Source: an uncultured Candidatus Saccharibacteria bacterium (GTDB lineage: Bacteria > Patescibacteriota > Minisyncoccia > Phycocordibacterales > Phycocordibacteraceae). Taken from it: DNA of 64,000 nt. How positions within the stretch are numbered: the first letter of the stretch is position 1; each line of letters starts with the position of its first letter. The notes under the pieces are model-generated. The model was not told the origin of the DNA. It searched no databases and saw only the letters and a program-made list of their open reading frames with translations. Of this stretch, positions 9,874 to 20,146 are shown in pieces. A program made the position numbers and the translations under genes. The stretch lies in contig CAYOCH010000001.1 in the NCBI GenBank assembly GCA_964402535.1, forward strand, positions 72,286-136,285, written 5' to 3'.

Positions 9874-10134
9874 ATGACTGAAACAGGAGCACGAGTGGAG
9901 GTACGCCGCGGCAAGAACGAGAGTTCGGCCGCGCTTATCCGCCGCTTCACCCGCCGCGCGCAGTCCTTGGGCCTCGTCCGCGAGGTCCGCGACCGCCGCT
10001 ACTTCGAGCGCACCAAGTCGAAGAACGTCGACCACAAGCGCGCCCTCGTGACCAAGGTCCGCCGCGAGCGCTATATCGAGCTCGTCAAGCTCGGCAAGAT
10101 CGACCCGGCAGCGCGCAAGACGCGCAAGCGCTAA
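9874..10134 (+). CDS. rpsU: 30S ribosomal protein bS21
   Basis: VEVRRGKNES..LIRRF, RRYFERTKS pattern; basic, 86 aa. Confidence 0.75.
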   Translation: MTETGARVEVRRGKNESSAALIRRFTRRAQSLGLVREVRDRRYFERTKSKNVDHKRALVTKVRRERYIELVKLGKIDPAARKTRKR

Positions 10135-10137
10135 GAG

Positions 10138-10611
10138 ATGGCCGGCGTTTCTATCCGCAACCTGACCCGCCGCTCTGTGGCGGGTTTGCCGTTTGCAAAG
10201 GCGGCCGAGGCGGCACTCCCCGGCTGGGACATATCGCTCGTCTTCGCAGGCCCCGCGAAGGCACGCGCGCTTAACAAGGAGCTGCGCAAGAAGGACTACA
10301 CGCCGAACGTGCTCTCCTACGTCGCCGGCGAGAAGTCAGGCGAGATCATCATCTGCCCGGCAGAGGCGAAGAAGCAGGCGGGCGGCTTCTCGATGAGCGA
10401 GAGCGACTTCCTCCTCTATCTCTTTATCCACGGCCTCCTGCATATAAAAGGCCAGGACCATGGTGCTACTATGGAGCGAAGCGAACGAAGGCTCTTGGCG
10501 AGATTCGCTAAGGGTTCCGCTAGCGCAACGAATGAAACGCCGCATCGCAACGGGAATCGACATCGGCACCTATCAGGTGAAGATCGTCGTCGTCGAGGAG
10601 GTCGCCGATAA
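10138..10611 (+). CDS. ybeY: rRNA maturation endoribonuclease YbeY
   Basis: LNKELRKKDYTPNVLSY and HGLLHIKGQDH zinc motif; tail overlaps ftsA by 80 nt. Confidence 0.9.
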   Translation: MAGVSIRNLTRRSVAGLPFAKAAEAALPGWDISLVFAGPAKARALNKELRKKDYTPNVLSYVAGEKSGEIIICPAEAKKQAGGFSMSESDFLLYLFIHGLLHIKGQDHGATMERSERRLLARFAKGSASATNETPHRNGNRHRHLSGEDRRRRGGRR

Positions 10612-11701
10612 ACGCGGCGGGCGGCAGCTCCATATCATCGGCACCGGCCTTGCGGAGTCGAAGGGCCTGCGCCACGGCTATATCGTCAACAAGGAGGAGG
10701 TCACCGCCTCGATCAAGGAGGCGAGGCGCCAGGCCGAGGCTGCCGCGCACGTGCCGATCAAGAGCGGCTTCCTCGCGGTGGGCGGCATCTCGCTCGACGA
10801 GGCGCGGGCGACAGGCTCGGCGATCATCTCGCGCGCCGACCAGGAGATCACCTCTCTCGACATCGAGAAAGCGGCCAAGACGGCGCGCGAAGCGGCTGCG
10901 CCCGGCTTCTTGAACCGCCACGTCCTGCACTCGATCCCGCTCGAGTACCGCGTCGACGGCGCGAAGGTGCTCGGCGACCCGCTCGGGATGAAGGGCGTAC
11001 GCCTCGAGATCGACTACCTCTTCATCACCTGCCTCGCGCAGCACGAGGAGGCGCTCGTCGCGGCCGTCGAAGACGCCGGCATCGAGATCATCGACCAGAT
11101 GGCCTCGCCGCTTGCCGGCTCCTACGTCCTCCTCGAAGGCGATCAGAAGATGAAGGGCTGTGTCCTTGCGAACATCGGCGCCGAGACGATCTCGATCGTC
11201 GTCTACGACGAGAACATCCCCGTCTCGGTGAAGGTCTTCCCGATGGGGTCGAGCCACATCACCGACGACATCGCGCTCGGCTTCCGCATCTCGCTTGAAG
11301 AAGCAGAGCGAGTGAAGCTCGGCCGCCTCGGCGGCCAGATGTATCCGCGCAAGAAGGTGGACGACTTTATCGTCGGCCGCTTGAACGCGATGTTCGCCTT
11401 GATCGACAAGCACCTGAAGTCGCTCGGCCGCCGCGGCCCCCTGCCCGCCGGCATCATCATCAGCGGCGGCGGCGCGGGCGTCGGCTCGATCAGTGACATC
11501 GCGAAGGGATCGCTTAAGCTCCCAGCGCGCCTCGCCGAGTTCCGCCTCTCGGCCGACACCAAGATCCGCGACGCGACGTGGGCCGTCGCCTACGGCCTCG
11601 CGCTCTGGGGTCTCACCGGCGACACGACCGCACCCGAGAAAGGGATGTTCGGCGGTCTCGGCAAGCTTTTCAGGCAGACATTCCAGCAATTTTTGCCCTA
11701 A
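10532..11701 (+). CDS. ftsA: Cell division protein FtsA
   Basis: GIDIGT, NIGAET, ITDDIA, SGGGA; directly upstream of ftsZ. Confidence 0.93.
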   Translation: MKRRIATGIDIGTYQVKIVVVEEVADKRGGRQLHIIGTGLAESKGLRHGYIVNKEEVTASIKEARRQAEAAAHVPIKSGFLAVGGISLDEARATGSAIISRADQEITSLDIEKAAKTAREAAAPGFLNRHVLHSIPLEYRVDGAKVLGDPLGMKGVRLEIDYLFITCLAQHEEALVAAVEDAGIEIIDQMASPLAGSYVLLEGDQKMKGCVLANIGAETISIVVYDENIPVSVKVFPMGSSHITDDIALGFRISLEEAERVKLGRLGGQMYPRKKVDDFIVGRLNAMFALIDKHLKSLGRRGPLPAGIIISGGGAGVGSISDIAKGSLKLPARLAEFRLSADTKIRDATWAVAYGLALWGLTGDTTAPEKGMFGGLGKLFRQTFQQFLP

Positions 11702-11787
11702 ACGGCGATTCTTTTTGACCGCCTGTCAAGATTTGCACTCTGGCGCGGAGTGCTATCATGGGTGAACTTATAAGGAATTTCATACCT

Positions 11788-13053
11788 ATGTCCAAGCGCA
11801 TTGAACCCGAGATCGAGACGTTCGCCCGCATCCGCGTGGTCGGCGTCGGCGGTTCAGGCGGCAACGCAGTGAATCACATGATCAACTCGAAGGTGCGGAA
11901 CGTCGAGTTCATCGCGGTCAACTCGGATGCGCAGGACCTGCACCGCAGTCTCGCCAAGCGCAAGCTCCATATCGGCAAGAACCTCACCCGCGGTCTCGGC
12001 ACGGGCATGAACCCGGAGCTCGGCCGTCGCGCTGCGGAGGAGACGCGCCAGGAGATCCAAGAGGCGCTCTCGGGGAGCGACATGGTCTTCATCACCTGCG
12101 GCATGGGCGGCGGCACCGGCACCGGCGCATCGGCGATCGTCGCGAAGATCGCCAAGGAGGTCGGCGCGCTCGTGATCGCCGTCGTCACGAAGCCGTTCGC
12201 CTTTGAGGGCGCGCACCGCAAGGACATCGCCGAGCGCGGCCTCGCAGAGCTCAAGAAGGAGGTGGACGCGTTCATCGTGATCCCCAACGACAAGCTCCTC
12301 TCGGTCGTCGACACGCAGACCTCGGCCAAGAACGCGTTCGCGATGTGCGACGAGATCCTGCGCCAGGCGGTCGAGGGCGTCTCGGACATCATCACCACAC
12401 CAGGCGAGATCAACACCGACTTCAACGATATCAAGGCGATCATGGAGGGCGCAGGCCCTGCGCTCATGGGCATCGGCGTCTCAGAGGGCGACGGCCGCGC
12501 CAAGGACGCTGCGCAGCAGGCGGTAAACTCGCCGCTCCTCGACGTCTCGATCAGCGGCGCGAAGGGCATCCTCTTCGTCGTCGCCGGCTCGGACGACCTC
12601 GGCATCATGGAGGTGCAGGAGGCGGCTAAGGTGATCAACGAGTCTGTCGACAAGAACGCCAAGATCATCTTCGGCATGATGCGCGACGAGAAACTCAAGA
12701 AGGGCCAGATCCGCATCATCGTCATCGCGACCGGCTTCCCCGATACCTCGCCGGCGGTACACCTCGGCCCCGAGCGCTCGCTCTTTGCGATGCCGACCGA
12801 GCGGCGCGACGAGGAGCGCGGCCGTATCTACCATGAAATATTGAAGCGCGAAGAGAAGCAGGCCGAGGAGAAGCCGAAGAAGCGCGCGCAGGATGAGGAA
12901 AAGGACAAGGAGATCCACTCCCCGATCGTCGTCGAGAAGGAGGAGCCGGTCGTGACGGCACAGCCGCACAAGCGCGAAGAGGTCGCGCCGGTCCCCGAGG
13001 ACGACGAGGCGTGGGGTGCGATTCCGGCCTTCTTGAGACGGCATAAGAAGTAA
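11788..13053 (+). CDS. ftsZ: Cell division protein FtsZ
   Basis: GVGGSGGNAVN, GGGTGTG signature, C-terminal IPAFLR. Confidence 0.98.
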   Translation: MSKRIEPEIETFARIRVVGVGGSGGNAVNHMINSKVRNVEFIAVNSDAQDLHRSLAKRKLHIGKNLTRGLGTGMNPELGRRAAEETRQEIQEALSGSDMVFITCGMGGGTGTGASAIVAKIAKEVGALVIAVVTKPFAFEGAHRKDIAERGLAELKKEVDAFIVIPNDKLLSVVDTQTSAKNAFAMCDEILRQAVEGVSDIITTPGEINTDFNDIKAIMEGAGPALMGIGVSEGDGRAKDAAQQAVNSPLLDVSISGAKGILFVVAGSDDLGIMEVQEAAKVINESVDKNAKIIFGMMRDEKLKKGQIRIIVIATGFPDTSPAVHLGPERSLFAMPTERRDEERGRIYHEILKREEKQAEEKPKKRAQDEEKDKEIHSPIVVEKEEPVVTAQPHKREEVAPVPEDDEAWGAIPAFLRRHKK

Positions 13054-13058
13054 GAGTA

Positions 13059-13091
13059 AGAAACGCGGCGCCTCCGGCGCCGCGTTTTGTT
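13059..13091 (+). terminator. Intrinsic terminator after ftsZ
   Basis: AAACGCGGCGCC-tcc-GGCGCCGCGTTT(T); same core as the rpsA terminator. Confidence 0.75.
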
Positions 13092-13102
13092 ATACTGCGC
13101 CT

Positions 13103-14026
13103 ATGCAAGACCTCATCATCATCGGCGGCGGGCCCGCCGGCATAGCAGCCGCTATCTACGCCGCCCGCAAACGGCTCGCGACCACGCTCATCGCCGAGGA
13201 GATCGGCGGACAATCGACCGTCTCCGAGGGCATCGAGAATTGGGTCGGCACGCCGAAGGTCTCGGGCAGCGACCTCGCGAAGCAGTTCAAGTCGCACCTC
13301 GAGGCGGTGAAGGGCGAGCAGGTCACGCTCGCGCTCGGCGAGCGCGTGACCGCCCTCGAGCAGATCCCCGAGAGCTTCACGGTCACCACGAAGTCGGGCA
13401 AGACGTTCTCGGCGAAGGCGGTCCTCGTCGCCTCCGGCGCCGGACGCCGCAAGCTCGAGGTGCCGGGAGCGGACAAGTTCGAGAACAAGGGCGTCACCTA
13501 CTGCGCCTCCTGCGACGGGCCGCTCTTCGCCGGCATGGACGTCGCGGTCGTGGGCGGCGGCAACGCGGGCTTCGAGACCGCGCTCCAGCTCCTCGCCTAT
13601 GCGAAGTCGGTCGTGCTCATCCACCGCCACAAAGCGTTCAAGGCGGACGCGGTGACGGTCGAGAAGGCCGCGGCGCACCCCAATATGCGCATCATCGCGG
13701 ACGCCGAGCCGGTCGAGGTCGTCGGCGACCAGTTCGTCACCGGCCTCAAGTATCGGGACAACGCGGCCGGCACCGTGCACGAGCTCCCCGTCTCGGGCGT
13801 GTTCGTCGAGGCGGGCGTGATCCCCAACACGGACTTCGCCGCCACGCTCCTCGAGCTCGATCAGGTGAAGCGCATCAAGGCCGACCCGCGCAATCAGCGC
13901 ACCTCGGTCGAGGGCGTGTGGGCCGCCGGTGACGCGACCGACGAGCTCTACCATCAGAACAATATCGCGGCCGGCGACGGCGTGAAGGCGCTCGAGGACA
14001 TCTACCTCTGGGTCAAGACGCAATGA
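13103..14026 (+). CDS. trxB: Thioredoxin reductase
   Basis: GGGPAG, YCASCDG redox motif, GGGNAG, AAGD. Confidence 0.9.
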   Translation: MQDLIIIGGGPAGIAAAIYAARKRLATTLIAEEIGGQSTVSEGIENWVGTPKVSGSDLAKQFKSHLEAVKGEQVTLALGERVTALEQIPESFTVTTKSGKTFSAKAVLVASGAGRRKLEVPGADKFENKGVTYCASCDGPLFAGMDVAVVGGGNAGFETALQLLAYAKSVVLIHRHKAFKADAVTVEKAAAHPNMRIIADAEPVEVVGDQFVTGLKYRDNAAGTVHELPVSGVFVEAGVIPNTDFAATLLELDQVKRIKADPRNQRTSVEGVWAAGDATDELYHQNNIAAGDGVKALEDIYLWVKTQ

Positions 14027-14760
14027 ACACCGCCGAACCCGTCTTCTCCGTCATCATCCCCACCTTGCGCGAAGCGCAGTTCCTCGAAGCGACGCTTGCA
14101 CAGTTTGCGAGCGTCACGATCCCCCACGAGATCATCATCACCGACGGCGGGAGCAAGGATACGACGCTTGATATCGCGCACCGCTACACCGACAAAGTGA
14201 CGGTCTGGGCAGAACCGCGCCGACAGACCTTCGGCGAGGCCAAGAACGCCGGCGCGGCGCTCGCGAAGGGCCGCTACCTCGTCTTCATCGACGCGGACGT
14301 GCATATCCCCGCACCCCAAGCCTTCTTTACCGAGATGATCGCCGCGTTCGAAAAGGACGCGAAGCTGGCGGGCATGACAGTACCGCTTAAGCCCTGGGCA
14401 GACAATCACTCGTTCGTCGACCACTTCTTCTGCGCACCCTTGAACTGGTTCTACGTCGTCTCGAACAACGTCTTCAACTCCGGCAACTCCTCGGGCGAGT
14501 TCCAGATGGTTCGCGCCGATACGTTCAAGAAGATGGGCGGCTTCGCAGAACATCTCGCTGCAGGAGAAGACAACGACCTCTTCCGCCGGCTCGCGGCGCA
14601 CGGCCGCACGCGCTCCTATGCCCGGCTCTTCGTCACCCACTCGCTTCGCCGCCCGCACAAGCTCGGGTGGCTGAAGACGTACTGGATCTGGATCAGCAAC
14701 GGTATCTCCGTCGCGCTCCGCGGCACAACGATCGTCAAAGAGTGGTCCGTGGTGCGATAG
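14023..14760 (+). CDS. Glycosyltransferase family 2
   Basis: SVIIPT, DGGSKD, FIDAD, GED. Confidence 0.9.
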   Translation: MNTAEPVFSVIIPTLREAQFLEATLAQFASVTIPHEIIITDGGSKDTTLDIAHRYTDKVTVWAEPRRQTFGEAKNAGAALAKGRYLVFIDADVHIPAPQAFFTEMIAAFEKDAKLAGMTVPLKPWADNHSFVDHFFCAPLNWFYVVSNNVFNSGNSSGEFQMVRADTFKKMGGFAEHLAAGEDNDLFRRLAAHGRTRSYARLFVTHSLRRPHKLGWLKTYWIWISNGISVALRGTTIVKEWSVVR

Positions 14761-14881
14761 CGAGTATCTACGGGGTATTTTGAGTATATTGACTTTTTGC
14801 TCTGTTTAGTGCTATTATAGAAACAGGGTAACCGTTCCAATCAACAGCCGCTTGCGGCTATAACTCGTGTAGGAGGTTCAG

Positions 14882-15595
14882 GTGAGTCTTGGACTATGGA
14901 TCATAACGGGCAGCGTGCTGCTCGTCGCGTCTGAGGCGATCGTCTCGTACTTCTGCGAAGAGAACTTCTTCCCGTCGCAGATCTCGAAAAAGTGGGCGAT
15001 GAACGGCATCCCGTTCGCGTACCACGGCGGCGTTTGGAGCGACGTCCTGCTCTTGCCGCCGATGATGGCCTACATCGTCGGCAACTACGGCAGCAGCTGG
15101 ACGACAGAGGACGTGCTGAAGATGGGTGCGGCGGGCGTGGCAGTCACGCTCGCCAACCACATCCTCTTGATAACGACCCAGCCGATCCCGGACTCGTTCG
15201 GGTGGAAGAAGAACAAGTGGGACGCGGTCATCGCCTTCCACTTCGTCTACATGAGCGTCTACGTGGCGCTCGCGGGGCTCTTCTTCTTCTATTCGAAAGG
15301 CGTCTCGACCGCCGCCGCAGTGACCGTCGCGATCGTTCTCGGCATCCACACGGCGTTCGGCACGCACGTCCCGCTCGGGATGCTGCAGCGCCACAAGCGC
15401 TATATGTGGTGCCCGGACTTCCTCTCGAGCCCGCAGCTCCCATGGCTCTCGCTCGCGATCTGGACGACGCTTTCTATTCTCGCAGCAGCTGCTGCCGGCA
15501 TGGTGGCCGCTCTCCTGGTCGTTGCGATAGGCGCGTTCTTGGCTCTGTGGGTAGTAGCGTTCCTGATCGTCAGTCCGCCGGCGCTGCGCACCTAG
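14882..15595 (+). CDS. Hypothetical polytopic membrane protein, orphan cassette
   Basis: TTGACT/TATTAT promoter, AGGAGG SD, several TM segments. Confidence 0.75.
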   Translation: MSLGLWIITGSVLLVASEAIVSYFCEENFFPSQISKKWAMNGIPFAYHGGVWSDVLLLPPMMAYIVGNYGSSWTTEDVLKMGAAGVAVTLANHILLITTQPIPDSFGWKKNKWDAVIAFHFVYMSVYVALAGLFFFYSKGVSTAAAVTVAIVLGIHTAFGTHVPLGMLQRHKRYMWCPDFLSSPQLPWLSLAIWTTLSILAAAAAGMVAALLVVAIGAFLALWVVAFLIVSPPALRT

Positions 15596-15616
15596 ATTCG
15601 TTGTATGCTCCTTCAT

Positions 15617-15649
15617 TCGCCCGTCCCTCGTGGACGGGCTTTCTTTTTA
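15617..15649 (+). terminator. Intrinsic terminator
   Basis: GCCCGTCC-ctcgt-GGACGGGC followed by TTTTCTTTTT. Confidence 0.75.
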
Positions 15650-15702
15650 TGCAAATGAAAAGCCGCCATGAGAAGCGCGGCTTCTCATGGCGGTCAGCGA
15701 AT

Positions 15703-16083
15703 CTAGTCCTTCTTCTCGGGCGGGAGCACGATAGCGAGGAACATGATCGCGCCCGTAATCACGCTGATCACCGATGACGCCGCCCAGAACACCCAGCCGC
15801 CGACGTTGCAGTACAGCGTCAAGTGCCGTCCGGCCCGATGAATCCAAGCGATCTCTCGCTCATCGGCGACCGACAGTGCCACAAGCAGCGCCGGGACGCA
15901 CGCGATGATCAGGACGGTGAAGAACCATGCCGCCATGAACCCGCGCATCGTCGAGGGATCGATGCCGTAGCCGACCTGCAGGCCGACGAGCGCCGCCAAG
16001 ATTGCCGTGAGCAGCGCGGCGATGACGCCGATGAACCAGAGCGACGCGGCAGCGACGCCGCTCGGCTTCTTTACTTGCTTCAT
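15703..16083 (-). CDS. Hypothetical membrane protein
   Basis: About 3 TM segments, purine-rich SD; hairpin at ~15662-15693 downstream. Confidence 0.7.
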   Translation of the reverse strand: MKQVKKPSGVAAASLWFIGVIAALLTAILAALVGLQVGYGIDPSTMRGFMAAWFFTVLIIACVPALLVALSVADEREIAWIHRAGRHLTLYCNVGGWVFWAASSVISVITGAIMFLAIVLPPEKKD

Positions 16084-16163
16084 ATCTTCTTCCCCTCTTT
16101 GTCGTATGCGCCCGAAACGAGCAAAATAACCCGCTATCTATATACCATGAAATATGCAAATAA

Positions 16164-17180
16164 TCAAGTGTTCTGCTTGATCGGGGCGAGCTGGGTCAAG
16201 AACGCATCGACAGAGTGCTCCCACGAATACCGCTCCGCCTTCGCGCGGCAATCGTCGCGCGAGAGGTCGAGGCATGAGAGTGCGCACGCGCGCAAGTCAT
16301 CGCCAAGATAGCCGTCCTTCCCTGCCGTGATGCTGTCCTTGGGGCCCATCACGTCGTGCGCGGCGACTGGGATGCCGCAGGCGAGGGCCTCGATCACGAC
16401 GAGCCCGAAGGTCTCGGTCCTTGAGGGGAAGACGAACGCGTCGGCGAGCGAGAGCCAGTCGACGAGCTCTTGGCCGCGCTTGTAGCCGACGAAGCGGTGC
16501 GTCGCGCCGTACTGCCGCTCCAACCGTGCGCGATCGGGACCGTCGCCGATCACGAGCTTGGTACCCGGGAGGTCGAGCTTCAAGAATTCTTCCGGGCTCT
16601 TCTCCGGCGCGAGCCGGCTGAAGTAGACAAACACCGGCTGCGGCACATCAGTCAAGGACGGTGTCGGGTTGCGCTTGAACAGCTCGAGATCGACCCCGAG
16701 CGGCACAACCGCGAGATTGCGATATCCCATCGACTCGAGCGTTCGCTTCAGCGTTTCGGTCGAGACGAATGTGCACGCGGCGGCGGCGTGGAACCGTCGC
16801 AAGTAGTAGAGCACCGGCGCGAGGAGGCCGCGTAGCCTGATATCGACATAGAGCTGCAGGTGCGTGTGGTACCAGGTCGTGAAGGGTATGCCGCGCCGTT
16901 TACAGACGCCCCGCGCCGCAAAGCCGAGCGGCCCCTCGGTCATGAGATGTATCGCGTCGGGGCGGAACTCGTCGATCACGCGAGCGATGCGGCGGCGCGA
17001 GGAGAGCGCGAGACGGATCTCGGGGTACATCGGGAGCGGGACGGTGCGAAACTGGGAGGGCTCGATCACTTTCACCTCATAGCCGCGCGCGCGGAGCCGT
17101 TCGAGATACGCGTCTTGTACTCGCACGACGCCGTTCACTTGGGGCGCCCACGCATCGGTCACGAACAGTATCTTCTTCAT
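16164..17180 (-). CDS. Glycosyltransferase family 4
   Basis: Start at MKKILFVTDAWAPQVNGV; TEGPLG; ETFGLVVIEALACG. Confidence 0.9.
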   Translation of the reverse strand: MKKILFVTDAWAPQVNGVVRVQDAYLERLRARGYEVKVIEPSQFRTVPLPMYPEIRLALSSRRRIARVIDEFRPDAIHLMTEGPLGFAARGVCKRRGIPFTTWYHTHLQLYVDIRLRGLLAPVLYYLRRFHAAAACTFVSTETLKRTLESMGYRNLAVVPLGVDLELFKRNPTPSLTDVPQPVFVYFSRLAPEKSPEEFLKLDLPGTKLVIGDGPDRARLERQYGATHRFVGYKRGQELVDWLSLADAFVFPSRTETFGLVVIEALACGIPVAAHDVMGPKDSITAGKDGYLGDDLRACALSCLDLSRDDCRAKAERYSWEHSVDAFLTQLAPIKQNT

Positions 17181-17812
17181 AGCCCGAGCTCTTTGTCCGG
17201 CGGCATCCGTTCGATGTCCGCGTCCTTCTTGAGGAACTTCTTGCGCATGTAGAAGGTGAAGACGTAGTAGCCGGTGATCGCGATCGCAGCGATCGCGATG
17301 ATGTACTGCACGTTCTCGATCACGCGCGTCGCCGTCCCGCCGAAGCTCGCGCCGAGATAATAGCCGGCGACTAAGAGCGTTCCATACTGGAGCACCGCCA
17401 CAACGCTTCCCCACCCGAAGAATTTCGTGAGCGGCATCTTGACCATGCCGGCGACCACGATGAAAGCCGAAGCGATACCGTACGAGAGCTTGCCGACAAG
17501 CATCGTGACGGCCGGCCGCCGCGCCCATAGGAGCCGCACCTCTTTGAGGTGGCCGGCGGTGATGCCGAGTTTCTTTAGCATCTTGGCGGCAAAGCGCGTC
17601 CGCCCGCCGAAGTAGCCCGTCGCGTAGTAGACGCCGTCGAGCCCGACATCGCGGACGAAGAACAAGATGGCCAGGATCCAGAACTCGAAGAGCCCGGCAG
17701 CCGCCATCGTGCCGGCGATGAATGCGACGACCGGACCCTCGAGAAGCGAGAGCGGAATGAGGATCCAGTAGCGGTAGACGAGGATAAGGTGCGTTAATGA
17801 ATCGACTGACAT
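17177..17812 (-). CDS. DedA/VTT-family membrane protein
   Basis: LLEGP, D..YY.TGY, KLSYG pattern. Confidence 0.75.
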   Translation of the reverse strand: MSVDSLTHLILVYRYWILIPLSLLEGPVVAFIAGTMAAAGLFEFWILAILFFVRDVGLDGVYYATGYFGGRTRFAAKMLKKLGITAGHLKEVRLLWARRPAVTMLVGKLSYGIASAFIVVAGMVKMPLTKFFGWGSVVAVLQYGTLLVAGYYLGASFGGTATRVIENVQYIIAIAAIAITGYYVFTFYMRKKFLKKDADIERMPPDKELGL

Positions 17813-17859
17813 CGGTGAAAGTATACTCCCTGGTCGGGAGCGGGCTATACTGATAGTGC

Positions 17860-19260
17860 ATGAAGGTTCATCATTCCGTCGACTGGCAGGGACTCTCGTT
17901 CGTCGGCAAGGCCTTGCTCGCGCTCATGGTCGTCTCGGGCGGCATCTACTTCAGCCAGCTCTACGCGTCGAGCTCGCGCGCTTCGGGAGAGCCGAACATG
18001 GTACTGATCCAACAACAAGCATCGATCGCACGCGGCGGATCAACGCTCGCACTATCGACGACTACATCGAAACACATCATTAACACGCTCACGATCGCCG
18101 ACGCCGTCCCCGCCTCCGGAAAATTCATCACGGCCGACCTCGTGAACAACGTGCTCACGCTCTACGAAGACGGTTCGGCGACCGCGAAATATCCGATCCT
18201 CGCCGCGGGCGCGCCGAGCTCGCCCTATGCCGCACCCGAGGGCGTCTACGCAATTCAGTCAAAGAATCCGGATCGTTTCTTCTCCGCCGGGCTCGTGCAT
18301 CAGAAGTGGAGCGTGCAGTTCGCCGGCAACTACTCTATCCATGGCACGCCCTATCGCGAGGACGGTGCCGCTGTTGATGCCGATTATAAGAACGACTCGA
18401 TCGAGGTGAGCACGAGCGACGCCGAGCGCGTCTTCGACTTTGCCGACAAGGGCACCAGCGTGTTCGTCTACGACCCGATCGGCCACGGCGCCTCATCGCT
18501 CGTGCTCGACACGGTGCCGCAGCCATCTGTCACTGCCGCCTCCTACCTTGTCGCAGACGTCGACACGGGCGACGTCTTTGCCGAGCGAGCAGCTCAATCA
18601 GTACAGCCGATCGGCTCGACAGCGACGCTCCTCACGGCGCTCGCCGCAGACGAGACCGTCCCCTTCGACACGAATCTCTCGGTGTTGAAGAGCGACCTCT
18701 CCCCCACCGTTCGCACCAAGACGCGAGAACGTCTCACGGCCGGACAACTCATATATCCGCTCCTTATGAACGGCAGCGCGGCTGCGGCAACAAGTCTCGC
18801 GGAAGCGTCGCAGAGCGACCTCATCAGCTGGATAAACGCGCTTGCCGGCTCGCTCGACATGCCGAAAACGCGCATCTCGGACCTTATCGGCACCTCGACG
18901 GCCTCGGTGACCACGGCAGATGACCTCTTTCATCTCGCGGCCTATCTCGCCGCCAACAAGACATTCATCCTGAGCATCGCCAAGGCGCCGCAAGCGAGCG
19001 TGCTCGCCGACAGCGGCACGACCTACCGATTCACGAACACGGTCGCAACCGGCAGTTCACTCGTCTCGCTCGTCTCGGTGCCATTGAACGGCACGCTCCG
19101 TCGCGCGGCCGTCATCGTGCTCGGTTCAGACAACGCCGCTATCGATGCGAATGCGCTCGGCAACTGGTACGCACAGTCGACTCGCCAGGGCGCCGAGATG
19201 GCCGCGACCGCGTGCGTCACCTGCACGCCGGCGCCGGCCTATCGCAAGATCCAGCTCTAA
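17860..19260 (+). CDS. L,D-transpeptidase (YkuD) plus peptidase S11 fusion, catalytic motifs degenerate
   Basis: YSIHGTPY region, then AASYLVADVDTG..QPIGS (S11-like); N-terminal anchor. Confidence 0.75.
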   Translation: MKVHHSVDWQGLSFVGKALLALMVVSGGIYFSQLYASSSRASGEPNMVLIQQQASIARGGSTLALSTTTSKHIINTLTIADAVPASGKFITADLVNNVLTLYEDGSATAKYPILAAGAPSSPYAAPEGVYAIQSKNPDRFFSAGLVHQKWSVQFAGNYSIHGTPYREDGAAVDADYKNDSIEVSTSDAERVFDFADKGTSVFVYDPIGHGASSLVLDTVPQPSVTAASYLVADVDTGDVFAERAAQSVQPIGSTATLLTALAADETVPFDTNLSVLKSDLSPTVRTKTRERLTAGQLIYPLLMNGSAAAATSLAEASQSDLISWINALAGSLDMPKTRISDLIGTSTASVTTADDLFHLAAYLAANKTFILSIAKAPQASVLADSGTTYRFTNTVATGSSLVSLVSVPLNGTLRRAAVIVLGSDNAAIDANALGNWYAQSTRQGAEMAATACVTCTPAPAYRKIQL

Positions 19261-19263
19261 CTG

Positions 19264-19746
19264 CTAGTCAGAGGTGAACGAACGGCTCGTGAGGAGCGAA
19301 TAACCCTGATAGGCACTGTCGCGCACGCGGCGCGTATCGTAGTAGACGCCGATCGTATAACTCCCCGCGGGGATCGGGGTCGTGACCGTGTAGCTAAACC
19401 ACTGCCGATAGTCGGTGCTCACCTCGCCGCCGACGCCCGAGTCGCCCGATGCGACGACGCCCTTGATGGCTGCCGGATCATCCGGCTGCGCCGGTAATGC
19501 GGCATCGCCGGCCACGACGACGATCGTGAGATCGCCCGCATACATGTTCTCGAGCGTCCCGGAGATCGTCGGCGTCGCGGAGTCCGTGACGACGTCGACC
19601 GTCCCGCTCACTGTCCCGATCCCCGGCGGCGCGGACTTGGGCGCCGTCGCCGGCGCGATCGGCGACTTGATCACGCTGAAGAACCACGACCCGAGTACGG
19701 CCACGACGATGGCGATGACGGCGAGTACGACGATGTTCTTGCTCAT
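19264..19746 (-). CDS. Hypothetical membrane-anchored/secreted protein
   Basis: N-terminal TM followed by a beta-rich domain. Confidence 0.7.
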   Translation of the reverse strand: MSKNIVVLAVIAIVVAVLGSWFFSVIKSPIAPATAPKSAPPGIGTVSGTVDVVTDSATPTISGTLENMYAGDLTIVVVAGDAALPAQPDDPAAIKGVVASGDSGVGGEVSTDYRQWFSYTVTTPIPAGSYTIGVYYDTRRVRDSAYQGYSLLTSRSFTSD

Positions 19747-19777
19747 GCCTTTGAATGATCTCTCCTATTATAACCTA

Positions 19778-19993
19778 GTGATGAAATTATACACTTTGCG
19801 CGAACCCACTTCGCACGCGCCGAGCGCGTGGTGACTCGGGACTAATGCGTACGCTCCGATCGCGCCTCGCCCGCGCTCGCGGACTCGCGCGGGCAAACCC
19901 AAAATTTCCTTGCATTTTCTCCTCGGCTCCTCCCCCGACCCCTCCGCCGAAAGGCGAAAAAGGATGGAAAGGAAATTTTTGGTTTGCGTCGCC
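19778..19993 (+). repeat. IR-A left copy (216 bp)
   Basis: Reverse complement of 22189-22404; no mismatch seen by eye. Confidence 0.95.
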
Positions 19994-20146
19994 TTTTGAA
20001 AACTCCACAAGGGGCAACAAAGTATTCACATTGAAGCCCCTTGCTCCGTAATCAAAAGGCGACCCGAGGCGCAATACACAGCGGTCTGCGCTAGGGCGCA
20101 GTCAGTTTTGATATGTGCTTGGCCCACCCGCCCAGTCCGCGCACAA

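Noticed and set aside
16164-17861. 565-aa ORF as one protein
   Set aside because: The upstream part is an alternative frame over the DedA gene; the GT4 starts at 17180.
19768-20010. Twin ORFs 19768-20010 (-) and 22124-22408 (+) with identical peptides
   Set aside because: They are by-products of the 216-bp inverted repeat, with different starts and ends and no protein motif.
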